A stretch of 64,000 nt of DNA from Paraspadella gotoi (GCA_051294375.1 CM119267.1:23127486-23191485), one strand, 5' to 3'; numbered from the stretch's first letter, positions 11,301-25,563 are shown. Made by a program: numbers and translations. Notes: generated from the sequence alone by a model not told the origin.

Positions 11301-13805
11301 CTATAAAAAAATTACATGCTTAAAGTTTTGTCGTTTTCCTTTTTCGCAAAACAACAAAATTGGTCCCGGACTTGAGTCCTTTTCCCGTCTACTTCCAGAG
11401 TCTGAACAAAGTGACGGACTTGTCCTGGGCGCCGGAACAGGGTGCCCCTGGCTCAGACCATTGGATCATCTACACGACTACGAGCCTCATGTGTGGCTCT
11501 GTCCCATCTTTCGCCCTTCTCCGTAACCTCGACGCCCCCGACGATCCTGAGGTCGGGGCCAATTACAGCCTCGGCAGCGCCAAGGTCACGTGGTCATGCG
11601 CCTGGAGCTCATGGAGTCGGAAGTTTTGCATCGGTGCGTCGCTTGGGGATTTGGTGAAGCAGTTAAAAGGAAAAGCTGCTCTCTGTAGGAGGGTGAAAAA
11701 TTGAAAAAGGCCGAACGATTTTTCGAATTAACGTTTTATCATTAACCTACGTAAAGTCATCGGCTTGCAGAGGTTTTGTAAGTTAAGAGGGTTTTATTAT
11801 TATTATTTAATATTTAGGCAAAACGTTTGTTTCAAAATTTGATGTTTTTTTTTCGTAGTTAAGTCTCACTGAACGCTATTAGAGTTTATCGAGATTGATG
11901 TAGATTGAGCCGCGAATTTGGCTCAACGGATTTGGTTCGCCATTGTTTGCGCTTTAAGAGCGGCTGTCCGTTGAGAGGACTCGATATTATTTGTAAATAA
12001 CGCCGAGGAGTATTTTGGTATAATTCAATGAGTAATTTTTGTCGATCTCCGACTAAGCTTTCCCAATGCCCTTAATCGAATATTACTAACGAGTTATATC
12101 GGCCGACTTGATTACTTGTTGACTTGCGTGCTCTCGCGCATGAATCATCTCCACTAAAAAAAAATCGCTAACGTGATTGCTTTGGATAAAATCGACAAGT
12201 CATATCTGGGTAAAATTTACAAGTCATTCCCTCAGAATTAGCAGATCATAAAACTTCCAGGCGACTAGGCTAAGGGTAATTACTAATTAGTAATTAATGT
12301 AGAGTTACGACGAGATTAGAAGTAAATGCCGAATTGTCGTCTGTCTCGTGCGGAAAATTTATCAACTACTCGTGTGCAATGTGCATAAAAAGTGCGCCAC
12401 TTTATATCAGCCTTTATAAATCATTCTTTAAAAGTAATTTAAAATTTATTTTAAAAAAAGTGTGGTATAATTGTTTTTAAAAATTGGGTTATCTGTTCAG
12501 GAGCAGTAATCTTTTTTAAATGAGGTACTTTACAGCAAAGCTAAATGTATAGAAATTGGATTCATTATTAAAGTTTATTAAAGTTTCATCTTTTTTTTAG
12601 TATTTTTATTCTTTGTAATTTGTTAACTTTTCTAAAAGATTATACTAAATATCCAGAGTCAGACGGATGATGAATCTGAAGTTATGTAATAAAATTCGAT
12701 TTTCTAATCTTGTTTTAGAACAAGTTTAAAAAACCCTATCTTTTAAATCACCTAACTGATAGTGATAAAATTTTTACACATCATTTTTTTTAAAAAACTT
12801 TTTATCTCATTATTTTTTAAAATATTTTTATAAAATGTTTGGATTTTAAAGTTATAAAGTGGCGTTTTTTTGTTTTTTTCAAATGAGTGTAGTCTATAGT
12901 CTATAGTGTAGACTATAGTTTGTACTATGTGGACCCCCAAATGGGTCGATGGGCGACGATTATTCGCGATTCCACAAGTTTGTTTCCGAGATGTACATAA
13001 TCTTTCTCCCTTTTTTCAAACCGATCAGGTTGCGAAAAAGGCGCGACCATGATTGACGCCAGATCTCGTCGTTCCTGGGACGTTAACACCGGTAACCAAG
13101 ACGCCCTGTGCCTTACCTTCGCCGAATCCGACCCCAACTTACTTTTTACGGGTCTTCGCGACGGCGCCGTTCTCGCTCACGACGTCAGATCGACCGCGGG
13201 TCGCGCGCAATTTCGCCTCTCGCGTCGCCAACGCGGCGTCGATCGAGCTTGTGCAGTCGTCACGTCACTTCGGTGCCCGCGGGGGCCGAGGATTGACGGG
13301 AATTACATTTTCTCAGGGTGAGAGAAGAGACAAAGGTTTTACAAATAGTGATGTATTTCATTACTCAAACATTCCAACATTCAGTACCAACGGCGGCGAG
13401 ATCTTCCTCTGGGATCTCCGCAACCGCAAACCCGTCGTCGTCCTCAGCACCGGCGTCTCCGCCTCGACGTCAACGGGCGTCTCCAAGAACCCTGTCTGCA
13501 TAGACGACGACGTCGACGTCGCCTACCAGGGAGCCGACGATCACGTGGTTCGTTTCTGGTCCCTGGATCCCTGGGGATCGCCGCCTTCGCTGCCCCTCGC
13601 ACAGTTCCCAGCCGTGACGGCGACCCCGTACCGGCCCGGTCAGGGACGCTCGGCTTGGTCCGTGCCCGAAGATGCGACAGGCGACAAGGATGCCGTGCCT
13701 CGGCCCGTATTCTCCTGGAAATGGCAGAGTCCAGGCCAACCGGCGCTGCCCTTAGTCATCGCGTTAGTCAGGGACGAGGTAGTCTTTTATCGGGGGTTGC
13801 GGTGA
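8328..13805 (+). CDS. DCAF4: DCAF4/WDR21-like DDB1-CUL4-associated WD40 protein (4 exons; start codon uncertain)
   Basis: Exons 8328-10025, 11399-11633, 13029-13317, 13385-13805 are phase-compatible. Contains ELPGFYFDETKRRYFKILP (DCAF4 N-terminal motif), WD-like repeats (WSCAWS, LLFTGLRDGAVLAHDVRS) and the WDxR motif GEIFLWDLR. Confidence 0.8.
10081..10376. mobile_element. Helentron-associated (HINE/DINE-1-like) non-autonomous element
   Basis: T-run, then sub-terminal IR AGTTGCGCCGC (~10082), perfect palindrome AGTACTCGCGAGTACT, GTC(G/T)-type microsatellite, matching 3' sub-TIR GCGGCGCTACT (~10348), then T-run. Confidence 0.6.
10762..10810 (-). ncRNA. Degenerate minimal hammerhead ribozyme motif
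   Basis: Minus strand reads ACAG-ATGATGA-AGACTCT-CAACCAC-AGATC-GAAACATGTC-CTAT; the core has A in place of the first C of CUGAUGA. Confidence 0.45.
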
Positions 13806-14360
13806 AGAACGCTCCGATGAGTCAGCGTGCCATTTAGGTTAATTTCTGTGATTTGTTACAAGTTGAACGATTTGCAATTAAAGATTTTCAGCTCGAAATA
13901 TTTTCAAAATCCAGTAAGTGAGTTGTAGCATTAAGTAGGGGCAGTATTTAAAAGAGTAAGCATTAAGTACGGAAAATCTTGATTCCCTGAATTAATTTTA
14001 ACTAGGTCTGAATTATTTTATCAAGTTTTTTAAATCAAGATGACCGATTTCTCCAGTTGTAAACACGTGTTTTATGTTTTTCATTTTGTTACCCTTTGTT
14101 GCATGTACTTACTGATAAAAAAATATTTTTGTCTTTTTTCCCCCAGATAAAACACAAAATTAATTTACTCAGATCATATTGCAATAAATACAAATATGTA
14201 CCGCAGACGTCGACGTCGCGATGAAAAACCCAAATGAAACTCGGATATCGATTGTCACAAGGACAGACTCGTTCTTGAATCTTGGAGAACCATCGTTGTC
14301 CTAAAGTCTTTAAAGTCTCGTTGCAACGTGACAAACGCTTTCGTTCATTAAAAACGAAAG

Positions 14361-17300
14361 ATGGCATCGTTCGACGTCGTCGACCTAGACAAAGTCTTGG
14401 ACGACTTTGAGGACGACCTTGAAGAGCCGCCAGGACCTCGCGGGATGGGATGCTGGGACCAGGGTGAGGGATCAAGACGAAATGGTAGAGTGGGTTTCTC
14501 TGTGATTCTGCTTGAGGTTTTAGACGCTTTTCTTTCTCTCTCACAGTAAAATCCCGTCCGGAGTCCTCTCCATGTTCCTCCGGCATCAGCTCCTTACAAA
14601 GCGAGGACTCCCTTAAACTTAGCCACGCCAAGCACCACTTTGTCACCGTTCCCTCCGCCGCCGCCGTGAATCTTCCGGCCACTGCGCCGCTCAACGCCCG
14701 CAATGGCGCTTCGCCGGCATCCACGCCCGTCTTGACTCCCGTTTCGGAATTGACGGCGCGCTTGAAGGGACCCTTCGCTTTGACGATAGGCGACGAGGAT
14801 TGCGAGGCCGGAAGCGGCGATGGCGACCGTTTTGACGACGACAAGGAAAACGCTGGCGAGGCCTTGGCGTCAGGTCCGGCGGCTGCATCTATGCCGATCA
14901 AATGCGACGCCGTCTTGGAAGCGAAGAAACCCAAATTGGACGTCATTGTCGACGCGGATTTGACGCCGACCTCGACGGAGACGCAAAGAGCGCCTCCTTA
15001 CGTCAGCGAGGCGGAGTTGGACGCGCTGTTGGAAGACTTCGATCGAGACTCGGAGGTGAGGTGTTGTGGTGTTTTCGTAGTTCCAAAATTGCCTTCGAAG
15101 ACGAACGAAGTTACCCTCTAACAAAAAAGGATTCACTATAAGGCACACTGTACAGATAGGCTCGTAAAATTCAAACTCAACTGAATAGTAAAAAAGTTTG
15201 AATGTATGAATTATTTAAGAGTTAGTTGAAATTGAAATGAGAAAAACAATTTTTCTTCGAATCCATTTTTAAAACGCCGAACTTTTTTTTTCTCAGGACA
15301 AATCCTCCCTCGCGGCCATCGTTCCCGACGTGGACGACCTCTCCTTTTCCGCCTCCCGCGTCGACGCGACGGAGAGCGAGATCGACGCGCTGCTGGACAG
15401 CGGCCACTCCAGCGTCGGCGAAATGTCCTCGCTCGTCGGCAGCATCGACGACCTCCCGTCATCGCTCATCGAGATTCCTTCGTCGGCCACCGAATCCGGT
15501 GGAGAAGAAGTTGCCACGTCGGTGACGTCCTCGATCGCCTCGACGACGTTGACAACGACGACGGCCACTTCACCGTCTTCCTCCGAGCATAACTGCCCCA
15601 GCGGCGCGCGTCCCAAAGTGCGCCCCGGATCCCTCCAAGTCATGACCATGAACCTCCCCGTCGTTCCTTGCGTGTCCGGAGGCGGAGGCGGCGACAATGC
15701 TGCCGCTTCGTTCAGGGACGCCGCCTCCCGACCGGGCGCCGGCGCTCCGGAAGATCTGACTCCTACCAACTTCGCTTTATCGACGTCTTTAGCTGGCGAC
15801 GACGACGACCGGGCGGCGTTGAGCACCGCTTTCGTCGCCTCCAATGTGGACGTCGTCTCTTCCTCCTTTTCGAAACGGACATCCCCGTCTCACACTTCGC
15901 CCGCATCATTCTCATCGTCATATCCAAAGGTCGGCGTCGATGACGTTTCTAGTCCCATCGTCGCCGACGTCGACGCACGCGCTCTACGTCCCACGAACAC
16001 GTCTCCCTCGGCGGCGTCGCCGGTTTCCTCTCCCGACTCTTCCTCGGACCTGGATCAGTCCTCCTCCAGCATCCGTCACGTGACCTCCCCTCCGACGCCC
16101 TTTCAAGGCGGACCCATCGCCGCTTCGCCCTTCACGCCGACGCCCTCCACTCCCTCCTTAGGGTTCAACCCTTTCGAGAACTCTGTCTCTTCCGCCGCTC
16201 AATCGCAACAACAGCCACCACTGCAACAAACACAGCCGCAGCAGCAGCCGCAGAGCCGACTCTCGCCGGAATCACTTCTCGACGGCGAGGATTTCGACGA
16301 AGCCGACGCCGCTACCGATTCCACCGTCGACCTCATCGCTGTCGGCAACGACTCTGCGTCGTTGGCGACCGACGACGACGTCGAAATGTTCGACGCTAAC
16401 TCGAACTTAAACGAGTCCATGAACGTACAACTTGAAGGAGCCGGCGCTATGCCCACCGATGCCGAAATCGACATCGACGGCGCGTCCGACGCCCCCTCGT
16501 CTCCTTCCGACGCCGATCTTGATTCGGGCGCCGTCGCGGACGATTCCGTCAAGCGCCAAGAGACTCGGCCTTCGGCCAAACGGCCCTCCTCCCTCGACCT
16601 ACCCACCCGCTCCCCGTTCGCCTTCAAACCCCAGAAGCGGCACCACAAGGGGGCGGACTCTGCCTCGCCGTCTCTGGACTCGGTTGACGGCGTGCTCGAT
16701 GGGGCCACGGCCGCCACCCCCGACGGGCTCTCCTCGGCTACGACTTCCCCCGATCCCGCCCTGGCTTCCGCCGTAGCGGTCGCCTTGGCCTCCATTCCGC
16801 CCGAATATCGCGAACTCGGCTCGGAGGCGCCCAAGTGGGTGCCCGACTCGGACACGCCCTCGTGCGTCCACTGCGGCGGCAAGTTCACCTTCACCAAGCG
16901 ACGGCATCATTGCCGCAGCTGCGGGAAGATCTTCTGCGGGGATTGTTGGGGCAGGAAGGCGAAGCTGAGGTGAGAAAACCGCATTAATCGATTAATACTT
17001 AGATTAATACCTCGACGATATGTAAATGAAATTGAGGGATTCATCTCGTTTGTGATAAACGTCAACTTACTCTGCTCCAAAAGAACTTTGATTTCATATA
17101 GCGGCGTGTGACAATTCTGTACTTTCAACCTAGGAAATTGTCACTTCACCGACTCTCACATAGTAATAACCCTTTCCAGGTATATGGGCAATAAGGAGGG
17201 ACGCGTATGCACCGAATGTCACCCGATTCTCAATCGGATCCACGAACTTCTCGTGCAACACAACGCGTTGGGCGACGCGCGCGTGCGAAAGTCCTCGTCT

Positions 17301-19013
17301 CTCGACGACCTCGACTCCGTTCGGGTCGCCGTCGCCGGCACACCTTGTGAGTTTTTAGATCGGAAATGAAAGATGGGGTGAGATAACGATTGAAGTTAAT
17401 AAATTTTAAATGACTTTTTTCAGTAAAGACGGACGAGGGTCTTTTTGTAGATTTTATTTCGTAAATATCTCTCGTTTCTTTGCCTCATCCTTACTCCCTT
17501 CCTCCATCTTTCACAGTCGACGTTCCTCCGCCGCCCCCCGCCGGCGTTTTGAGGAAGGAGGGATCTAAAAAGGGAGAACCAAAACAAGTGATTTTCTCCG
17601 ACGGAATCCGTCCCGGGGGAGATTTGACCACGGACTCGTCCGTTACGTCGATGCCCCCTTCCATGAGGATCAAAGCCAAGCAGAGGGTCGAATTCGCCCT
17701 CTCGTCCACTGGTAAGAAGGCGGATATGATTACGGAGAATCGTATGTATACTTTTAATTCCGTAGGCTCGCCGGTGCCGATAAACTTGGATATTGAAGAC
17801 TCACAAGATCCGGTTAAATTGATGAGCATCGTGATGGACGAAAGTAAACCTCCTGGTATGGTTGTGTAATACCACAAACCGTTTCGTGGAATCGTTCTAA
17901 AAAATAGTTAGCTTTTTATTTGCATGTTCGCCCTACTCTCAGTGATCTACGCCATAAATCGCAATTTGTTCGTTTCCGTGAAAATCGTTCGACTCACTTG
18001 CTGCGTCAACAAAACCGTTTGGACTTTCACTTCCGACGGAATGTGCACAGGTGAGCATTTTTGGGTAACGCATCAAAATGAAAAAAATGTGCTTAGTTAA
18101 AAAATTGACACGATTCTCGATTGTTTTTCAGTGGGTCAAGACGAGATTGTTATCGTGCTCGAGTGTCTGCAAGATCAGTCAAACGGAAAAGGTAGACGAT
18201 GTTAGGATGATTTTATTTTTACCTTTTTTTTTACGATTATCTTAATTCCTCTTGTCTACTGAAACATCTAGACGACAACTTGTCTTCCACAAGCGAAACT
18301 TCCGTTCCGCGCGACATCTTTTGCCATTTCAACACCGTCTATGAAGTAGCGGCGAAGGTAAGGTCAGAGTATTCCTTTATCAACATTACCCCTTGCTTTA
18401 ACCGAGATAATGTAGAAAGAATGACGGGAAAAAATGACGAAAATAGAAAATATCAAGTACGCTGTGACCATTTGAAACCCGCCGCTATAAAAAATTCACC
18501 ATATGAAGACGCGTAGCGATTTTAACATTTTGAAAAAAAATATATAAAGATAAGCGATTGCGACGATCTCGTAACGCTTTTGCGCATATGTGGCGGAGGC
18601 GTCGTCGTTGTCGTCGTCGTCATCGGCGTTCCAACTTATCGATCGCCTTTTTTATGATTAAATTTGGGTGTATGAAGCTGAAAATTTATATACAGCTTGA
18701 AAATGGGTTGAAATTGGGTGAGGACGTTTATTAAATACGTTTTGTTTACGTTTTATCAAAACAAACAAATTTGCTCTACTTTTATTTTTATGTCTCTTTC
18801 TCTCTCTCTTTTCTCTTTTAATTATATGTAGCTCTCTCTCTCTCTTTTCCCCAGGCTGATTCATCGGAAAAAAATACGAATCTGCAGCTGGCTCTGCAGG
18901 GACTTTTTCTTTTTCTCTCTTTTCTCCTGCTGCTTCTGCTGCTGCCTTTTGATTTCTTTTTTTTTTGGCTGCCTCTGCTGCTGCCACTGCTGATTCGTCC
19001 GAAAACGATTTGG

Positions 19014-19056
<43 letters not shown>

Positions 19057-22000
19057 ACATCAGGTTTTTATTTCATTCTTTCTTCTCGTCAGTCGCTCTT
19101 TATTTTTATTTTTCTTTCTTTCCTTTCTATTCCTTCCTTTCTATTCTTTCTTTCCTTTCTATTCTTTCTTTCCTTTCTATTTTTTCTTTCCTTTCTCTTT
19201 TTTCTTTCCTTTCTCTTTTTTCTTTCCTTTCTATTCTTTCTTTCCTTTCTATCTTTCCTTTCTATTCTATCTTTCCTTCTTTTTCTTTCTGTTTATAAAT
19301 TAATTTTCTTTTCTCAAATTAGATTTTTTTTAGTATCAAAATTTGTCGTCAATCCATATTTTTCTTATGCAATTGCGATGATTCTTAACCTTATGCTTTT
19401 AAGATTTTTATGTATAAATTTCTTGATAATTGATTTTATTTTGAGTTCGTAATGAGCAAAAAAAAGTAAGGAGCAAATTCGAGCTTTTCAATCAGAAATA
19501 AAGGGAAATTCGTTACCTGGAATTGATGGCTCTGTTAAACAATCATAATCTCACTAATTAGTGCTAATATGGGTATTATAGGAAAGCCCGTTAAAAATTG
19601 ATTCAGGAATATTGATTATAATTTCTTAAAAGTATTACAGAAGGCTTCATATTATAAAATGTGGTACCCCTTTTATGTGACCAGAACACGTTCCGAGAAA
19701 ACTATTGAATATATTTTAATGAAATTTGGTATGAACGATCCCTATGTGAATACAAATAGAAATATTGAGGCGAATTTCAATATTTGACCCCTGAGCCGAG
19801 ATATAGGGACCGTTAGGGGTCACTCATGGGGGCAAAAAATGGTCAAAATTTGTTTTTTTTTTGGTTTTGTTTTGAACAGTTGCCCAGACGATTACTCTTC
19901 CACAAAAATGTATTTATTTCCATAAAAAGATTAGTTTACCATAAGTTTCAGCTTCATGAACATCAGCTGTTTAAGTCAGATTTGGAATAATTCTGGAAAA
20001 TTTGGAAAAAAACGATGAACCATGCATCTTCAAACACCAATAAATTAGAAAAAAATTTATTAATTTTAGTTTTAAAAAATATTTTTATATGTTTAAAACA
20101 TCGATGAACCTTATTTTACTAAAAAATTTTAAAAATGAAAAATAAATTTTTAGCCTTTTTGGCCCCCCAGGGGCCCAGCCCCAGGGCCCTGTATCTCTTG
20201 TCAGGGGTTGAATATTAAAATTTGCCTCGATAGTTTCATTTATATTGTCATTAGAACTTTAAATGTAAAATTTCATGAAATTCGATCCGGTAGTTTGATG
20301 CGAACAGATTCTGGTCACAAAAAAGGGGTACCACATTTTATAATATGAAGCCTTCTGTATACTTTGCCACTGAATTTTCTTAAAAGTAAGGTAGTTTAAA
20401 TCTATACCATATAACTTTTACTTGGCCTCAAAAATATATTTTTTATACTACAGAATCGAAAATTGTATCATAGTATACACTATACAGTTTTTAAAGGGCT
20501 TTCAGGCAATATAAATATTATTGTTATTTTTTGAAAGACTTTTTTATAATTGTCCAGAAAGACAAATTTTTCATTCAAAAACATTAGGCTGTCGAGCCGT
20601 CAGATCAGTTTCAAAGCTATCTTTTACTTCTTCCTGTTAAAGTAAAAGTAAACTGAAAGAAATGATATTTATACATAAAAAATGAGTAGGTCTTGTCTTC
20701 AAGTATCTCTTTTCAAAATTTTAAAATCTCTTCACGTTTTCCTTTGGTGAATTTTTTCTAGCGGCGGGTTTCAAATACTCACGGTGCATTTGCTTCGATC
20801 CGGTTTTTGCCTCGATCTCAATTTTTTTTCGCTTTGACTTTTTTGTCAATCCCCAGTTGTCGAATCGTAGCTTAACGACTTTTTGCATTATCTGATTAAT
20901 GACTGGTTTTTCGTGACCTTGAACGAGTTTAGTCTTTTCAGTTTGTCTATTTGTCATTGACACAAATGACATATTTAAAACGTTTTTCAGGGTAATTACG
21001 TGTCGGACCTAGGCCACACCATCTTTAACCAGTCGTTCCTCGGTTCCCGCGACCACGGTGGTTTCCTATACGTGCGTCCCACCTTCCAGTGCCTGCAGAA
21101 CATCCCACTTCCCAAGGAGCCGTCCTTCATCTTTGGCATTCTCCTTCAGAAGTGGGAGACGCCCTGGGCCAAGGTTTGTGCAGTTAGGGTTTTAAGATTT
21201 AAGATTTAGTTTCATGAAGAAAATAGAAATAATTAACTGACCATAATTGCATTGCTTTTTTGCCTCTTTAGGTTTTCCCCTTGCGCCTCATGCTCCGCCT
21301 CGGAGCCCACGAAAAGTACTACCCTTGTCCAATCGTCGGAGAGCGATTCCGAAAGCCTCTCTTCGCCGAGATAGGCCACACCATCATGAATCTGCTGGCG
21401 GATTTCCGCAATTATCAGTATACCTTGCCGCAAATCAAGGGCGTCGTCGTCCACATGGAGGACAAGAAAACGGTCGTCAGATTTCCGTCCAACCGGTGAG
21501 AGGAGCGGGCCAGGTTGTTGGATTCCATGTTGCCTGCCTCGTAGAATTTAAATTTTATTTAATTTTGCTGATAAAAATAACTTAAATATATATATTAGAA
21601 ATATATATATATATATATTAGATATCTATTAGAAAACTAGGACAGATTGTAATCTAACCTTGTGTTGTGTAGATGCTCCCTCTATTTCCAGAAGACAACG
21701 CTGACTTCCCATTCCCAAAATGAGTTATTAGATATAATGATAAGTAAAAATTTTTTAAGAAAGCAATATATATATTTAAAGAATATAGATTAAAAGGTAA
21801 ATCTTTCATAAAAAATATAAAAATAAAAAATAGTGAAACAAGTAATTTGAAAATTTTCATAGTGTCCATTTACCAACTTTTAGCAGCTTCCTCCAAGTTA
21901 ATCTACGGCCAAACGCAAGGTAGCCGTAGCCCCTTTTTAATGTTTCGAAGCATTTTTTTCGACACTGAAGTTTTCGGTATTACTACATACGTAGTCGTAT

Positions 22001-24196
22001 GACAAGCTCGATGGCAATTCTTATAAATCTTTGTCTGGGTTCAGCGCAGTTCTATCTATGTCCTCTTCCCCTCCCCCCTTATAACCTTCGTCCAGCTACC
22101 AAGACGTCATGCGCGTCGTGAACGCGTGCAACGAGCACGTGATGGCCTTCGCCTCCAATTTCAGCGAAGTCGAGGCCGATTCGCATCTCGTGTGCGTGCA
22201 AAACGACGACGGCGGTTATCAAACGCAGGCCATCAACATTCAAAACAGGTGGATTAATTTGGGAGAGAGAGAGAGAGAGGAGAGAGAGAAACCGTTTTTA
22301 TTGTGTAATACCCGCTGCCATGCCATCCATAGTTCCATACACCATGCGGATGAAATAGAAAGATGGCCGAGAGAAAGTTTGCCCTCGATTTGTAGTTTGT
22401 CTGTTGTTTTCTGTTTTCTGTTATTATGCTAATAAAAACAGAACGTGAGGGGGGGGTTGGGGGAAGGATGTTTCCCGGTCTTTATCATTCGCGTTTTCCT
22501 AAAGAATCGTTGTTGGCCTCCAACTTCGCGGTTGTCTTTCTTTTTCTTTTCTTTTACTTTTCTTTTTTTTTTTCTCTCTCCCTCCATTTCCGGTTTCCAC
22601 ATTTTTACTTCAATCCTGTTCTTTATTTTTTTCCTTTTTTTATTTTTTCTAAACCTGATTCCCTCCTATCTAATCGTTAGACATTAAAAAGTAATCAACT
22701 TACGAGGTTTTTTCTCTCCCTCTCTGTCCAGTCTTCAACTTATGGTCTTTTTCCAAGTATCTTATACTTTCCGGAATCTTTGTCTTGTGGCGAATCCTAT
22801 TTCGTCCTTCTCTTTTCCGATTTTCCGATTTTCCTCTTCACGTAACTCCTTAAGCTTTACGTTACCATCAAGTAGTAATTTCTTTTTCCGTCAATTGACC
22901 CTATAACCATATCCCACGTCCAGGCCTCGCAAAGTAACGGGGGCCAGTTTTGTGGTGTTCAACGGCGCGTTGAAGACGAGTTCGGGCCTCAAGGCTAAAT
23001 CGAGCATCGTGGAGGACGGGCTGATGGTTCAGGTGCCGGCCGAGGTGCTGGCCAAACTAAAGCAGAATCTCAAGGTGAGTGAAAGAAAAGGCACCTCCGA
23101 CTTAGTGAATGACCCATTCGAAATGATAAATCTACTTTTCTGACTCCAACTCTCCCCTGCCTACAGGACATGCGCGATTTCGAGATCGAATGCGGCAGCC
23201 TTGATCCTTCGGGGTCTTCCCCCGAGGAGGTTGTGGTGGTCGAGTGGGGACCCGAGGATCGAAGGGAAAACCTCGGTGTTTTTTCTGCCATCGACGGGAA
23301 GTCCCTGGAGGGCGTTCCAAGCATCCGCGTTCAGAATGGACCGGAAGTCAAGGTCGACGGACTGGCGCTGAGGTGCGTTTGAGTTAGGAAACAACGCGAT
23401 AGAAAGATAATATGTTTAAACCGGAAAAAAACTTTCTTGATGAAGATAAATTTCGTTTATTATAACGAAAACATATTGCCATTTTCATGCTCCAAAGGTG
23501 GACCGAGGTGTTCTTGGTTCAAGTGGGCCCCGCTCCCGAAGCCGACGACACCCAACCTCACCCGCCCCGCGCATCTTTCAACTTCCTCGATGACCAACCC
23601 GACATCAACCGGTTGTCGGAAATGATGGCGCGCGCCACGTCCGCCGCCCTTTCGCCCCACTTGGCCGAACTGCGGGAGACGGGAAAGGCCAAAGTCGGGC
23701 TGCGGGTCACCCTTGGCACGGAAATGGTGAGGAACTGAGGGTCAGGGGAGCAATGACTGTTTGAAAAAATTGGATATTTTAAAGGATTCGTTATATGAAG
23801 AATAAATTAGCTATTTCAAAGAAGCCACTTGATATTGAAACCTGACGCGGACGCGTGGAATCTAATCCCAGATAATTAATGACAAGAAAAGGAGAGTTAA
23901 AACGTTCAAATTCAACGTCATAAATTTCAATCGTCTTTCTTTATCTCGCGTTTACCCTCATATCTTGTTTCTCACTTCCCTCTCTCTCTCTCTCTCTCTC
24001 TTCTTTTTTCCCTCAGGTCGGCTACGAGATCGGCGCGAACGGCGCGAAACTCGGAGATTTATACATGAACGACTTAGACAACGAGCTCGTGCCCGTCATC
24101 CACAAGATCGGACCCGGCGGCGGCGCCACATCGCCCGCCCTCGGCGTCGCCGGAGGCCCCCTAGTCCTAGAACTCGTTTTCTTCGTCGTCGACTGA
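14361..24196 (+). CDS. ZFYVE9: SARA / endofin-family FYVE-domain protein (ZFYVE9/ZFYVE16 ortholog, about 15 exons)
   Basis: N-terminal [10 protein letters not shown]; FYVE domain WVPD...CVHC...[13 protein letters not shown]...RVCTEC; PP1-docking [15 protein letters not shown]; SARA C-terminal (DUF3480) segments [55 protein letters not shown]; ends LELVFFVVD*. Confidence 0.93.
19130..19270. repeat. 18-bp pyrimidine minisatellite (TTCCTTTCTATTCTTTCT)n
   Basis: About 7 degenerate tandem units, visible as PFYSFF repeats in a spurious ORF. Confidence 0.8.
19638..20357. mobile_element. Tc1/mariner-type MITE (720 bp) nested in the older element
   Basis: Perfect terminal IR CAGAAGGCTTCATATTATAAAATGTGGTACCCCTTTT, imperfect IR continuing about 200 bp, TA dinucleotide on both flanks. 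Confidence 0.9.
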
Positions 24197-24225
24197 CTTC
24201 GAACACTTTGAAACGCGGATTCGAA

Positions 24226-24282
<57 letters not shown>

Positions 24283-25563
24283 TCTTGATCATTCCTGGTT
24301 ACTTTTGATTTTTACGCATGCTTAATTCCAACGCGGAATTCGCTTTGGATTAGGGCATTTCTAACCCTCCGAAGTAGAAAGTGTCTTATTTGTCAGCGAT
24401 GGAGGACGAATGTTGTATAGATTAGCTTTTTAATTTCAAGACGTTTACTGTACTAAAATACAGTATTTTCGCCCATTTTTGTTGGGCTTCGTGTAGCAAA
24501 TAAAAAAGATGGAGTCGTCAGGGTGTTTGAGCGACGTCGGTCGTTGGTGAAGTCGTTAGTGTTTGGGAGAGTGTGTCCTGTTTTTTCCAGTCAATGTAAC
24601 GAATCAATGATTTTGTTTCTTTTTCCCTCCTCTCCTTCATATCGCATGCAACGAAATTTTAAAGCTAAGTTTATCAACAAAACAACAGAACGAAAACAAT
24701 ATCTTTATCCCGAGGCGAAGCCTTCTCTACGAACAATTTGGGCTTTCCTCCGAATATATCATATGAGAAGCGGTGCTTATTATATTCCTAGACACTCTTT
24801 CAGCGAAACAAACAGAAAAACGAGGTAGTTCAAAATAAAAGAAAACTTACGAGAATATCACAAGCGGACACACGAAAAAAGTGATGTACAATCTTTTTCT
24901 TCTTCGAGTCAAATCGACGGATTAGTTCGTCACAATAGATAAAATTTAAAAAAAAAACACAAAAAAAACGCACCCACCATATTTGTGGTTACCAAATTTT
25001 TGTTTATTCGATTCTAGTCAAGGCAATATATGCTTTCTCAATTTTTTGTTTAGTTTTACAACGAACTTTCAACTACCTTGTTCATTACCGTATCCTTATT
25101 TTTATATTAAAAACAAAGTATCATTTCTTACTAATGATTACTTATATGCTTATATACAAACAAAAGTTATTTCCTGTTAAATAACTAACTATAAATTTTT
25201 TTCAACCTATCGATGGAATTGATCAATTACTTCGGATTTTGATTTATTTTTGTTTGCATCTTTTACTTTACCTCACCTTCATTACAGTAATTGATATCGT
25301 CGTCCGGTAGAATAAAATGTAAGAAATGTAAGCGTTTCTACTTCTAGATTAGTAGCGACATTACTTAATTATTAACGTTTGTTATATCACATCGATGCAT
25401 TTACTTTGTGCGGTACTATTTTATTTTTTGGTTTTTTTTTTCCGAAGCAAGAAAAAAGTTTTTCACACATTCCTTCGTTTCTTTTATTGATCATTTCCCA
25501 GAAGTTGAACGAAATCGTTTAAATACAAAGTCGAAAGACTCGCGGAGATAAAAAGGGGGAAAA

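Larger units (their letters stand above)
18460..20786. mobile_element. Old non-autonomous TIR DNA element in a SARA intron
   Basis: ~80-bp imperfect TIRs: CGCTGTGACCATTTGAAACCCGCCGCTATAAAAAATTCACC at 18460 versus the reverse complement of 20710-20786. No transposase ORF. Confidence 0.75.

Noticed and set aside
14089-16910. Long minus-strand ORFs (for example 14089-14946 and 16199-16897) and similar antisense ORFs elsewhere
   Set aside because: They are shadows of GC-rich plus-strand exons and show no domain motifs.
19944-19972. Minus-strand CTGATG...GCTGAAAC resembling the hammerhead motif
   Set aside because: The core reads CUGAUGU rather than CUGAUGA, there is no helix III or cleavage triplet, and it lies inside the MITE.
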